From Vicugna vicugna (lineage: Eukaryota): a stretch of 64,000 nt of DNA. Where the stretch lies: NCBI GenBank assembly GCA_013265495.1, contig MU058198.1, positions 1,934,419 through 1,998,418 on the forward strand. The letters run 5' to 3'. Numbering within the stretch: the first letter of the stretch is position 1; every line of letters begins with the position of its first letter. The position numbers and the translations under genes are program-made. The notes under the pieces were generated by a model. That model was not told the DNA's origin and did no database searches. It worked only from the letters and a program-made list of their open reading frames with translations. Of the stretch, positions 49,401 to 62,037 are shown in pieces.

Positions 49401-52400
49401 TCACACATCTCTCACGTTAAATTAAAAGCTAGAGATGATTAAGATAAGTGAGGAAGACATGTCAAAAACAAAGACAGACCAAAAGCTAGGCCTCTTGCTC
49501 CAAGCAGGGACCCACGTTGTGAATGCAGAGGAAAAGTTTTTGAAGGAAATTAGAAGTGCTGCTCCAGTGAACACTCTAGTGATAAGAAAGTGAAACTGCC
49601 TTGTTGCTGATATGGAGAAAGTTTTAGTGGTCTGCATAGAATAACAAACCAGCCACAACATTCCCTTAAGCCAAAGCCTAATCCAGACCAAAGTCCTAAC
49701 TCTCTTCAATTCTGTGAAGGCTGAGAGATGAGGAAGCTGCAGAAGTAAAGGTTGAGGCTAGCAGAGGTCGGTTCATGAGGTTTAAGGAAAGAAGTCATCT
49801 CCATAATATAAAAGTGCAAGGTGAAGCAGCAAGTGCTGATGTAGAAGCTGCAGCAAGTAATCCAGAAGATCCAGCTAAGATAATTAACAAAGGTAAGCTA
49901 CACTCAAAAGCAGATTTTTGATCTGGATGAAAAGCCTTATATTAGAAGAAGATGCCATCTAGGACTTCTGTAGCTGGAGAGAAGTCAACGCCTGGCTTCA
50001 AAGCTTCAACGGACAGGCTGACTCTGCTGTTAGGGGCTAATGCAGATGATGACGTTAAGTTGAAGCCAAAGCTCACATACTATTCCAAAAATCCTAGAGC
50101 CTTGAAGAACGTTTTTTGGCGGGGAGAACCTTTAAGAATTATGCTAAATCTACTGATCTTGTTTTCCATAAGTGGAACAACAAAACCTGCATGACAGCAC
50201 ACCTATTTACAACATGGTTTACTGAATATTTTGAGCCCACTGTTCAGACCTAGTGCTCAGAAAAAAAATGTTTTCAAAGTATTACTGCTCATTGACAAAG
50301 CACTTGGTCACTGGTGAGCGCTGATGGAGATGTAGAGTAAGATTAATGTTGCTTTCATGTCTGCTAACACAACATCCATTCTCCAGCCTGTGGATCAAGG
50401 AGTAATTTTGACTTTCAAGTTTTATTATTTAAGAAATGTATTTCTAAAGGCTATAGCTACCATAAGTGGTAATTCTTCTAATGGATCTGGGAAAAGTAAA
50501 TTGAAAGCCTGGAAAGGATTCAGCAATCTAGATGCCACTAAGAACGTGCATGATTCATGGGAAGAGGCTGAAATATCAGCATTAACAGGACTTTGGAAGA
50601 AGTTGATTCCAACCCTCATGGATGACTTTGAGGGACTCAAGACTTCAGTGGAGGAGTTCACTGTAGATATGGTAGACATAGCAGGAGAACTAGAAGTAGA
50701 AGTAGAGCTTGAAGATGTGACTCAGTTAGTGCATCTCATGATAAAAGTTTCATGGGTAAAGAGTTGCTTCATACAGATGAGCAAAAGAAAGGAGTTTTTT
50801 TGAGATTGAATCTGTTCCTGGTGAAGATGCTGTAAAGATTGTTGAAATGACAACAAAGGATTTAGGATGACATAAACTTAGGTGATAAAATGGTGGCAGG
50901 TTTGTGAGGATTGAGTCCAATTTTGAAAGAAGTTCTCTGGGTAAAACACTATCAAACAGCAATGCATGCTGCAGAGAAATTGCTTATGAAAGGAACGGTC
51001 AAATCAGTGTGACAGACTTGCTGTCTTATTTTAAGAAATTGTGCCACAGCCACCCCAACCTTCAGTAACCACCACCCTGATCAGTCAGCAGCCATTAGCA
51101 AGGAGGCAAGTCCCTCCACTGGCAAAAGATTACAGCTCAGTGAAGGCTCAGATGGTGGTCGCCGAAGGCTCAGATGGTGGTTAACATTTTTTAGCAATAA
51201 AGTATCTTTTTAAATTAATGTATGTACATTTTTGACATAATACTATTACACACTTTATAGATTACAATATATTGTAAACATAACTATCATGTGTACTGGG
51301 AAACCAAAAAAATTCATGTGACTCGCTTTATTGCAATACTCACTTTATTATGGTGGTCTGGAATCAAACCCGCAATATCTCTAGGTCTGTCTATATCTGA
51401 CAATGTGCTAGTATCTCAGACATTTTAAAAAGTCCTATAACTTAATAATAAAAAGACAAGTAGCCGAATTTCAAAGATTTAAATAGGCAGTCCTCCAAAG
51501 GAGGCACACAAGTGGCCAGTAAAGATGTAAAAAAGTGTGCAAGTCAGTAGACATCAGGAAAATACAAATGTAAACCACAGTGAGACACTGCTTCCTGCTT
51601 ATCTAGAAAGGCTAAAATTATAGTCAGACAGTATCACGTGCTGGTAATCATGGGAAGCTACGGTTGGTGGGGCTATAAAATAGTATGGTCAGGTTAGAGA
51701 AAGATCTGCCATTTGTTCAGATAAAACTAAACATACACCTACCCTATGATCCATCAGTTGCACTTTAATGAATTTACCCTAAAGAAAAAATAAACGATGT
51801 TTTTATACACACACACAAGAGTTTTACAGGACTGTTCTTAGCAGCTTTACTCATAATATCCAAAAATTGGAAACAGCCAGGTATCCATCAACCAGAGAAT
51901 TAATGAGCTCTGTTGTATTGATATGATGTTTAATCTTGATACTAGTTTGGGTTACAACAACTACACATTTGTTAAAACTCATGTACAGTTAAGGAAATAC
52001 ACAGTTAAGATTTGTACATTTTATTCTATGTAAATTTTACCTCAAATAAGCACTGAAAACAAATACTGAATTCTAGTAAATGCTGAACTATTTATTTCGT
52101 GGACATGTACTGAAGTCTTTTTCTTTGCAGTGCATCCAAAAATTAAATATATTGATAGATAAATATAAAGTATATAGATAGTAAATATATATGGGTTTAT
52201 ATAGATATATACATTTAAACTTATATGGATGCATAGTATAAATTACATATGCATATCCCATTTTGCCTTTTTTATGCAAAAGATAGTATTCTTTTTAGTC
52301 ACCAAGTTTGTTTCTCTTTGAACCATAAATCCATTCTTTTATACTTTACTCTTTGATGCTGTAGCTACATTTCTGCTTTTTCAGCCAATTCTTTGTAGGT

Positions 52401-55400
52401 CTCTGCTAATAAAGGCAGACAGGGGCAAGCCTGGGGGAAGACGGAACTTGAGCTTTCCTATTGGCTTTCTGTCTGCTTGTAGTTGCCAGTGAATATCCCA
52501 GCAACACCCTCCCCCCCCGCCTTTTTTTTTTTTTTGACCGTAGCACTTTCTTCCTGTAGCAGCAGCCAAATAAAGTTTGCAAATTGCCCAACGCTTTTAA
52601 AAATCAGCCTAAATCCACCTTCTCAAAGATAATCAGCACCAGGCAACTGGAACTCCATCTCAGATGTCCAGGTCCTGGTCCAAAACTCCCTTCTTTCAAG
52701 CGGTGAGACGGAGTACTAGCTGACTTGTGCCCTGTCCTCAAAGGTTTGATTTTTTTTCAGCTGCACAGATGTCTCATTTACGTTTATAACTGTTAATAAT
52801 TCCAAACTCTTGCTTTTGTTCCCTTAGTCCTAGGGCCAGTGGCTGCTTCCTGCTGTCACTATCCGATACCTTAAGAGTCCTCTTATCTTTAAGTTATCTA
52901 GCAGGATGTCTCTTTTCTGACAGTACCTTGAACCAGATATGAAGCTCTGTCTTGTGTACAGATACCCTAGTTTATGCAGCCTCCTGTGTATGAGCAATCG
53001 AAATTTGCTGTATTTCCACCATCAATAATGTTTCAGCAAACTTGTGCGTTATGTGTTTTTCATATTCTTTGAGGTATGTATTCCAAGTCTGCTCCTGAAA
53101 GTAGGATTGCTGAATCAAACAATAAATGCATATGTAGTTTTGTGAAACACTGCCAGATTCTCCATTATAGTTATTCCATTTTGCATCCACAGTCAGTCTA
53201 TGAAAGTGCCTGTTTGTCTGCTGCCTTGCCAGCAGAATGTGTTGTTAAACTTTGACTTTTCCAGTGTGATAGGGAGGATATCTCTGTAGCTTTAATTTGC
53301 CTTTATTTTATTGTGTGACACTGAGAAGCTTTTTTATGTATTTATGGGCCGTATGTTTATCTTGTTTTTGTGAACTGTCTGCATTTTGAGAGGACTTAAA
53401 ATGTAAATAAGATTGGAATGTATTTGTTGTGCTTAGAGTTACTGTCATTTTCAGGCAGTCAGAATCACTTTGACATCAGATGGATCTCATCTTTCAAGTC
53501 ACATGATTTCCCATCTGGACTTTCCTTTATTTCTATTTTCTTTTCAGTTTTGTTTGGTATTAAATATAATTTCTTTACTATTGCTACTTCTAGGTAAAAT
53601 ATCATCTGCGTTTTATTAGGATACAGAGGACTATCTTGTGGCCAGACACAATAGGCTGGAAAACATCCTTCCTTTTTCCTAATCATCCCTTTCCGGGACC
53701 CAGGAACCCAGATCATAATGATGGAGGAAGCCCTGGTGAGCAGATCACTAAGTATACTCATTTTCTTATCACAGTTGCATATATGTATACACACATACAC
53801 TTATACATATATATGGATATATATATAATTCAGCTTATTTTAACTTGTAATTTTTTAAATAATTATATTTTCCTAAAACTACTTTTCAGTATCACACACC
53901 TAACATATATATAGAATATATGTATACTTATATATGTATTATGCTTTATCCTCTTTTAATTATTACACCAATATATTTATCTTTATGTAGTTGTGATTTA
54001 GTGTGGCAAATATTTAGTAGAACAAAAAAGCTATACACACTCTAGCATTAGCAAAAAAAATTGGAAACAGCATGACCAGTAAGAGAATAGATGAACCTAA
54101 TAGACAATCATTGAAAATAATCTTTAGGAAGTCTGTTGAGAAATAATTGAAGCAGAATCTGCAGGTGCCTATATGAATTAGCTGGATAGAGATGGGTGAG
54201 GATTATTCCACACAGTGGAAGTAAGATCATAAACACATGCATGACAGGATGCCACATTCAGGGAAACTATATGGCCTTTTGTTTGTTTCCTTTTTGTAGC
54301 TAGAATAGAGGGTAATGTGGGAGGTTATTAGAGATGAGACTAAGAGACAAACAGACCTAATGTGTAAAGTGAAGGAGTATGAAATTTCTCCTGGGAGTTA
54401 TGAGAGACAGAGGCATAGCAATATTTAGCATGGATAGAAAACTGATAAGATATAGAAGTGGATACATCTCTTCAAGTGATGACATTCATAAGATGTCTTT
54501 GGTATTTGTTTATATCTGAACACAGAATTTTTGTTTTGTGCTATTGCTGAATGAAGAAGACTGTGACCTATATTTCACAATTTATGTAATTGATCAAGAT
54601 ATTTCAAAGAATGACTTCTTTGCCTTATGCCTGGATTTTACATTTACATTTCCTTAATACCATATTATTTGTGGAAAATATTATAAAGAGAAGTGAGGAT
54701 GAAGGACTACATGCTTGGTAACATTCAAATTAAGGAGTAAACAAAAGAAGACAGGGGTACAAAGACTAAGGATTGGCAGGGAAGTGAGTAGAAAATTAAG
54801 ACCTATATTACATGAATCAAAGGAGGAATTGGAAACTAGGCTTGATATTTCGGTTTTATCACCACAAAATAACTTTTTTGATATCTTAAAACTTGAAAAT
54901 AACAATCCTGCCACAGAAAAGAGTTTCTGTAAAAACTCTATAAAAACTGTAAAACATAGATGAGGGAGATTAAAGGTTCAACAAAGAAAAGGAAAGATGT
55001 CCAATGTTCTCAGATCAGAAAAATTAATGTTGTTAAGAGGCCATACTACCCAAAGCAGAATCTACAGATTTAATACAATCTCTATCAAAATACCCATGAC
55101 ATTATTCACAGAACTAGAACAAAAAATACTAAAATTTATATGGAACCACAAAAGACCCTGAATTGACAAAGCAATCTTGAGAGAAAAAAACAAAGCTGGA
55201 GGTATACACCCTGACTTCAGACTATACTACAAAGCTACAGTAATCAAAACAGAATGGTACTTGCACAAAGATGGACATATAAATCAATGGAACAGAGTGA
55301 GAGCCCAGAAATAAGCCCATGCACTTATAGTTATTTAATCAAAGGAGGCAAGAATATACTATGGAGAAAAGACAGCCTCTTCAATAAATGGTGCTGGGAA

Positions 55401-58400
55401 AACTGGACAGCCACATGTAAATGAATGAAATTGAGAACATTTCTTCATACCATATACAAAAAACAAAAACTCAGAATGGATTAAAGACCTACATGTAAGA
55501 CAGGAAACCATAAAACACCTAGTAGATAACAGACAGGACACTCTGACATAAATTGTAGCAAAAATTTTTTAATCTGTTTCCTAAGGCAAAAGAAATTAAA
55601 GCAAAAATTAAAAACTGGGACCTAATTTAGCATAAAACCTTTTGCACAGCAAAGGAAACCATCAACAAAATGAGAAGACAATGTACAGAATAAGAAAAAA
55701 AGTTTTGTGAATGATGTGACAAACGGGGTTAATATCCAGAATGTATAAGCAACTTTTACAACTCAACATCAAAAAAATTGGCCCAATCAAAAAGTAGGCA
55801 GAAAGCCTAGATTATTTTTCCCAAAGAAGACATCCAGATGGCCAACAGACACATGAAAAGAAGCTCAGCATTACTAATTATTCAGAGAAGTGCAATTCAA
55901 AGCAACAAGATATCACCTCAGAATGACTATCATCAGAAAGCCTACAAATAACAAATGTCGGCAAGGATGGGGAGAAACAGGAACCACATTGTGCACTGTT
56001 GGTGGGAATGTACATTGATGCAGCCCCTATGGAAAACTGTGGAGACTCCCCAAAACACTAAAAATAAAACTGCCATGTGATCCAGCAATCCTTTTGCTGG
56101 GTATGTATCTGGAAAAAAGGAAAGTACTAATTGGAAAAGATATGTGCACCCCAGTGTTCATAGCAACATTATTATTATAGCCAAGATATGGAAGCCACCC
56201 AAGTGTCCCTCAGCAGATGAATGGATAAAGAAAATGTGGTGTGTATGCAAGAAAAGCAAATTCAATCCTAAGCTGCCTTTTAGTTTTATGGATGACATGG
56301 TTTCAGTGAAACATTTTTCCTTGGGGGCCAGTGCTGTATTACTCACTATAACAAATCTGTCATTCTCAGCTTCATTTGTTACATTCCCAAGTCTTCATCT
56401 TGCTAATATTTATTAAATCTGCATTTTTGCAATTATGAATTGTATTTAGTAAGCCTACCTGAAACTTTCATTAAATATATTTAATTTGGGGACGATGTGA
56501 ATCAGATTCATCTGAAGAAGTAGCTCTTAATTCTGTGTCAAAACTATTATAGGTTTTCATAGTAACTATGTTCAGCTGGCCTTGATACAGCAGTAACTCT
56601 AAGTTCTGTGTGTTACAAGCTATGACTGATTTGAATTACCTTGTTCATTTTGTGTCTGAGCCATTCATTAGTATGCTTTATTTGACAATGTTTGTTTTAT
56701 CATATAGGGTACATAAGAGAAGGGTTCCTGGCTGTACAGCATGCCTTAGATAAGGCCATCATGCTGTACCATGACAGCAATGCTAGACAGAAGCTGTTTG
56801 ATGGTATCAGCATCTTTGTACAGAGATTTCCATACCCAGCTTATCCTCATGACGGATTGCTTTGGCTCACTGGTTCTTACCTCCCTTTGATATTTATACT
56901 CATGTTCTCTCCAACTGTACTTTCCATCGTGCGATCCATTGTATGGGAAAAAGAAAACAGATTGAAGGTAATCCCAGTTATTTTCTGATAAAGTTTCTGT
57001 AGAGGTTTTTTTTTTGTTTTTTTTTTTTTGGCCTGTAGAGCTCTGTTGTTTGGAGAGTTGTGTTATTTTTGCATATTCAGCATTGGTGGGTAGTTGTTAC
57101 ATCTCATAACAGCAAATTACATCCCAGGAGCAACAGCTACAGAGCATGAAGAGTGAATACTGATGCCACCTATCAATTATACAAATTGGCAGATATTCAG
57201 AAGCAAACTCTCTCTGAGGAGCAGCAGAAAAATAAAACTGGAGGGCAAGGAGGGGGACAATAAAAGGTCACTTTTGGTATCTCTGATACCTAAAATATCA
57301 ATGACTTTCAAACACAACTCAACTCCTGGCTAGGTTAATATAAATCCTCACACTGTAGGCCTGTTTACCTTGATATCTACTGCCCTCGATAACAAAAAAT
57401 TATAAGGCACACCAAAAACTTAAGGAAAAACACAGTCCAAAGAGGCAAATTAATCATCAGAATCAGACTCACATAAGACACAGATGATGGAAATATCAGA
57501 GAATGAATTAAAAATTGCTAAGATTAATAATTTAAGGCTCCAAAAGGAAAGGTATATGTGTCCAGGATACTTAAGACCACCCATGTTTTCTAAAATTCGC
57601 TGTAAGGATTTATGGGACTCAGCATATAGATATGCTGACAGCTAGGATTTATTATAATGGTACGTAAGGATACATAGCTAGGTCATAAGAGAAAATGACA
57701 TAGGCAAAGCTTGGAGGAATTAACCTGTAGGCTTCTTCAAGTAACCCCACAAGAGGTCACACAGAGCACCTTCTTGCCTCAGCAGTGAGAATCCAACAAC
57801 ATGTTTGTGATGTTCCTGACCAAGGAAATCCATTGGAAGACAGCACACAAGGTTTTCATTGGCAGGCTGGTTGTATAGGTACCCTTTGCCTGGCATTTAC
57901 CCAAATCCCAAACTCCTGGAAAGCAGGTATCTGGCATGAACCATAATATTTCTACAAACAGTTTAGGCACAGTCATCAACACTTACCATTTAGAGAATGA
58001 TTTATATCAGTATAGGGAACAATTTACCCACCAAGTTTCCATATACCAGCCAAAGACCAATTTTGCAAACATTCCTTCTTAAGAATAGTAGGCTCAGGCC
58101 TTCTGTGTTAACTCTTTTCTGCACAGTAGATAACATGCAAGTTCAGATAGGTAATGCAGAGAGATCTAAGCTATAAGGAGTCAAATGAAATTATGAGAAA
58201 TAAAAAACATGCTAACAAAAATGTAGAATTCCTTTGACAGGATCATTGATAGACTTGATGAGAAAAGAATCAAAGAATTGAATAAAAGACAGTTGAAATT
58301 ATACAAACTGAAATGCGAAGAGAAAAACAAAATGTAAAAATCTAGAATAAGCATCCAAAAGGTATAGGATGATATCAAATGGTAAAAAAAGATGTATATA

Positions 58401-61400
58401 ATTGGAATCCCAAAAAGGAGATGAGAAAATAAAGCTAAAGAAATAATGAAAGAGAATTTTCTAGAGCTAATGCTAGACATCAAACCGTAGATCCAAGAAG
58501 CTCAGAGACCACAAGCAGGATGAATACCACACACACACATACCCATCCATACACACACCTAGACATTATACTTAAACTGCTGGAAACCAAAGGCAAAGAC
58601 AACAAATCTTAAGCAGAGGTCAGGGAGAGACACACTGCCTATGAGGAGCAGTCGTAAGAAGTACAGCTGACTTCTAACTTACAATTGAATTTTTAAAAAA
58701 ATAATATAGACACATATCTGTAATATCCCTGGAAGTAAAGTACAATGGAAAAGAGACCTTAATCTCAATATTTCAAAGTTTACTTTGAAATGTTTTGCAT
58801 TTTGGTCCAATACGATGTATAGTATTTTTAAAAGATCTCTGAACTCGGGGGGAAAAAATTTTAATGTCATTGCTGCCCATACTAATGCCATAATTTTGAT
58901 CAGCACACTTGACTGTCTGAGCCATGATTTTTCACATTCAGAAAATGAAGATGATAATTATCCATTTATATAGGGTTTTACAAGAATTTAATTAGAAAAA
59001 TGTATGTGAAAATATTATGAATCACTGATACATGTAATATTTCATTTGTATTGAATGTCTTACAGGAGTACCAGCTCACAATTGGAATTAGAAACTGGAT
59101 GCTCTGGGCTGCCTATTTCTTCACATTCTTTGTTTTTCATATCTTTATTATTGCCTTAATATGTATGTTATTCTTCACTAAGGCAAGTGTTTAGTTCCAT
59201 GCTGTCCAATAGAAATATGAGTCACATATGTAATATTAAATATTTAGTAGCTATTAGAAATTTTAAGAAGTAAAAATAACAGGTGAGATTATTTTAATAA
59301 TATATTTAATTTAACCCAATATATTATTCCAATATGTAGCCAATTTAAAAACAGATATTTTACATTCTTTTCTGTACCAAGTACTTGAAACTCCAGTGTG
59401 TGTTTTATATATACAGCACATCTAAATTTATGTGCTATATTTTCATTAGAAAGACATGATCTGTATTTGACACTGTATTTAAATTAGAAAGTTTAATTTA
59501 AATTTAAAATAACTAATTTAAGTTAAAAATAACTAAAATTAAATGAAAGCAAAAATTCAGCTCCTCATTCACACTAGCTACATTTCAAGGGCTTAACAGG
59601 TGTATATCATTAATGACTGTAATAGCGGGCATCTTAGTTCTAGCTGATTGCACCTGCTGCAGCTATCCTATGAGAAGGAAAAGGTAATCAGTGTGAACTG
59701 ATGGGTGTCTGGTTGCCAGAGGATGACAAACGGCTTTTATTGTCTCCACCGTGGAAACTCAGAAGCTGCCAAATCTCTGAGAAAAATGTAAATCTTTCTG
59801 TAAGAAATAAGTTATTTAGTTAACTTTCCATCTCACTGAGTTTCAGTCACTGGGCGGCAATCGGTTTCATTAGGGCCATTATTTTCTCTGTCTTCCTTTG
59901 TGCTCATATGATTCTGCTTACTGTGTACTTTACATGATATACTTTTTTATTGTAGATTATCCGTGAGCCACTCTTCCGCTACAGTGACTGTGGTTTCATC
60001 TTTTTCTTTCTTACGTGTTATGCCATCGCTTCGATATTCTTTGCCTTTATGATTAGCACATTCTTCAGTAAAGGTGAGTCTAAGACTTCTCCTCTAACAG
60101 AATTACTGTTTAATGGACCAGAATAGGATCATATTTGGGAGTTCCTTCCAGCCATTTCGTGTATAATCTCGGCTTGCATTTTAACATAGAAGATGAATTG
60201 CAAATGAAATGATTTGACAGAGTTAGAGGGTGCATTGAAATTTAATGTGGCCCAATACGTATATAAAAAGAGACTATAAAATAAGATTGTTATCAGCTAG
60301 AACTTTAGAATAAATTAAACAATGCTTCCTACAGAATTTGATTGCAAATCACTTCTAAAAGCAGATCAAGGGATGGAGATGTTTATTCATTCATTTATTC
60401 ATTTATTCTGCATGTCTTCTTTGCACTTAGCATGTGACAAGACTCTATACCACATGCATAAAGACAAAGGGAAATTGATTCTCTGTGAAAGCCCACACAA
60501 GGAAAATATGTGTAACCAGATAACCCCAGATTGGTCTATTAATGGTTTTGTAGAAATAATTCTCTGCTAATGGCGCTGTTCCCTTTAATTGTGTCTTTCT
60601 GCTTCTCCCCACACCAGGACCTTTGCCTCAAAGGAGGGGTTTGCTGAAGCAAGTGGGTCTCTTGCATCTAAAAGAGGTCCAGTGCTTTGCCTTTGTAAGC
60701 GTTGGCCCACAGCCACATCTTTTCCCCTGTCATGGCTGTTCCGGCTCTAGTGCTGCCCTGTGGCATGGTATGAGTGTGGCCAGAGTACGTGCATGGCTTG
60801 AGCTGGGGCATGCAGTGAGGCAGTTGCGGGAAAGCCAGCAGCTACCGGGGCAGACTTTTCTCTGCCTCGCTTGGGGCAAGCCAGCATCTGCAAGCTCCTC
60901 ACGAGGGGAGTCGAGGCTTCTCCAGCCTTTTTCTCTGTCCCAGCAGTTCTCCGTCCAGCCACGGGGCTTGTCTCCTCCACACAGGACCTCTGGGCTGGGA
61001 TGCCCAGTCTGTGGCTCAACCTGCTCAGCCCCCAGGGCAGGTGTCTGTGCAATCTTCCTTTACCCCTGAGTCCCCTCCTAGGGACACAGGTTCTGACCTG
61101 ATAGTTTTTCTTCTCATCGTATCTAATTATGTGTGTTACCTTACTTATTGCCTTGACTTTACAGTAGTCCTTCTGCCAGTTTGCAGTTAGTTTTCAGTGA
61201 GAATTATTTCACGTGTATTTTGCTGTGTTCTTGGAGGGAGGTGAGCTCCACATCCTCTTACTCCACTGTCTCGATCTCCTGTCTTAATAACAATCTTGAC
61301 AAAAAGTCTTCCTGACTTACTGGATATCATATTTATGGACCTAACCACATTCAACTCTCCACAATTAACTATTTATTCAACTATTCTTTCTTTGGAGTAT

Positions 61401-62037
61401 CATGATCTAGATTGGAAGCATGCATTAAAAACTTTATTCAGGGCTTTCTAGTCTACCCATAACCTCAAACTGCCTGGAAACACTAATATATTCAATTTAT
61501 GTTATTACTGATGGTGTACATTTATAATTTCTCAAGCTAAGTGATCATGAATAAATAAATTTTAGAAAGGAGAAAATAATTTTCTGTAACATATGTATGA
61601 GTCATTCTTTGTTTAAATGACTGTAAATATTTATCGTATGTGGTAAATATCCTATATATTAATTTATTCAACACATATTAACTGAGTGCATGCTGTGTTC
61701 CAAACACTGATGATATGAGAGTGAAAAAGATCAATTCTCTTCCCTCATAGAGCTTGCGTTCTTTTCCTTTAGTATATTTTATTTATACACTAAATAAAGT
61801 ATTTATAATTCATTATTTCACATATTGTTTAAACTGACCCTATAATTTCCTTCTTATTTGCAGCCCGTTTGGCTGCTTCTGCTGGAAGCCTGATATATTT
61901 TGCCAGTTTCTTCCCATTTAATTCCGTTGCTCAAAACTTTGGAGAAATAACCCTCACCAGGAAGGTGGCTTCATGTCTCAGCTCAAATGTTGCATTGGCC
62001 CTGGGGATTAAACTTCTGGTCACGCTGGAAATAAAGC
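37656..62037 (+). CDS. ABCA3-like ABC transporter gene 2 (ABCA14/15/16-type paralogue), 5' part: 8 coding exons, continues beyond window
   Basis: Exons 37656-37715, 38059-38311, 41718-41845, 53594-53735, 56708-56967, 59066-59182, 59956-60073 and 61864-62037 splice in frame (1252 nt). Hallmarks: [12 protein letters not shown]-terminus, [39 protein letters not shown]. Confidence 0.93.
38059..38311 (+). CDS. Gene 2 exon: TM1 and start of ECD1 ([25 protein letters not shown]...NLNIDIR)
   Basis: tcttccag acceptor, g|gttaga donor, 253 nt; overlaps ORF 38044..38316. Confidence 0.92.
39830..41480 (-). mobile_element. Younger L1 3' end (about 39940-40745) nested in an older L1 3' end
   Basis: Antisense L1 3'UTR/ORF2 text; ORF 40380..40610 ends in [12 protein letters not shown]. 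Confidence 0.8.
40422..40451. repeat. (AC)15 microsatellite
   Basis: Directly visible. Confidence 0.95.
41718..41845 (+). CDS. Gene 2 exon: ECD1 ([16 protein letters not shown]...VLAAIVFD...PLPLQ)
   Basis: tctctgcag acceptor, cag|gtgaga donor, 128 nt. Confidence 0.94.
44220..49282. mobile_element. Nested L1 block: sense ORF2, L1 5'UTR (from about 44736), antisense ORF2 (about 46350-47630), sense ORF2 (about 47640-49282)
   Basis: caagatgg 5'UTR start at 44750; ORF 47203..47556 ([17 protein letters not shown]); catatgattatctcaattgatgcagaaaaagc ([11 protein letters not shown]). Confidence 0.8.
49284..51392 (+). mobile_element. Tigger1 DNA transposon (pogo family), 5'-truncated, with decayed transposase
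   Basis: ORFs 49952..50194 ([18 protein letters not shown]) and 50357..50803 ([14 protein letters not shown]) are Tigger1 transposase segments. Right end reads gtggtctggaatcaaacccgcaatatctctaggt. Multiple stops and frameshifts. Confidence 0.93.
53594..53735 (+). CDS. Gene 2 exon: ECD1 (VKYHLRF...GWKTSFLFP...[13 protein letters not shown])
   Basis: ttctag acceptor, g|gtgagc donor, 142 nt. Confidence 0.94.
54925..56247 (+). mobile_element. L1 ORF2 3' half fragment
   Basis: gacttcagactatactacaaagctacagtaatcaaaacag and ttcaataaatggtgctgggaaaactggac. Confidence 0.88.
56708..56967 (+). CDS. Gene 2 exon: [15 protein letters not shown]...QRFPYP...TM2...EKENRLK
   Basis: catatag acceptor, aag|gtaatc donor, 260 nt; overlaps ORF 56692..56988. 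Confidence 0.96.
57557..58125 (-). mobile_element. MER21-like solo LTR (ERVL class) inserted in an L1 ORF1 remnant
   Basis: Reverse complement begins TGTGCAGAAAAGAGTTAAC, TG...CA termini, 5-bp TSD gtata/gtaga (57552-56, 58126-30). Confidence 0.8.
59066..59182 (+). CDS. Gene 2 exon: [22 protein letters not shown]...MLFFTK (GC donor)
   Basis: cttacag acceptor, 117 nt, donor AAG|GCAAGT, in frame with both neighbouring exons. Confidence 0.9.
59198..59630. mobile_element. hAT Charlie1/MER33-type DNA transposon remnant
   Basis: gctgtccaatagaaatat...cacatatgtaat at the start and cactagctacatttcaag near the end. Confidence 0.75.
59956..60073 (+). CDS. Gene 2 exon: [11 protein letters not shown]...[11 protein letters not shown]
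   Basis: ttgtag acceptor, g|gtgagt donor, 118 nt. Confidence 0.94.
60570..61280 (-). mobile_element. L1 5'UTR fragment, antisense
   Basis: Reverse complement starts ggagatcgagacagtggagtaagaggatgtggagctcacctc, homologous to the 5'UTR at 22603. GC-rich. Confidence 0.7.
61655..61760 (-). mobile_element. L2 3' end fragment
   Basis: atttattcaacacatattaactgagtgcatgctgtgttccaaacactg, a typical antisense L2 tail. Confidence 0.6.
61864..62037 (+). CDS. Gene 2 exon: [18 protein letters not shown]...[21 protein letters not shown]
   Basis: ttatttgcag acceptor, c|gtaaga donor, 174 nt; overlaps ORF 61869..62075. Confidence 0.94.

Noticed and set aside
49952..50803. Transposase ORFs as a domesticated TIGD-type gene
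   Set aside because: Broken by stops and frameshifts, and the left end is missing. An ordinary Tigger1 fossil.
51142..51181. 18-bp direct repeat gaaggctcagatggtggt
   Set aside because: Small tandem duplication inside Tigger1. Only two units, so not an array.
5363..62037. Assigning the symbol ABCA3, ABCA17 or a specific ABCA14/15/16 name
   Set aside because: Too divergent and AT-rich for ABCA3 itself, and the head-to-tail layout favours the ABCA14-16 cluster. Naming the paralogue needs phylogeny and synteny that I cannot run.
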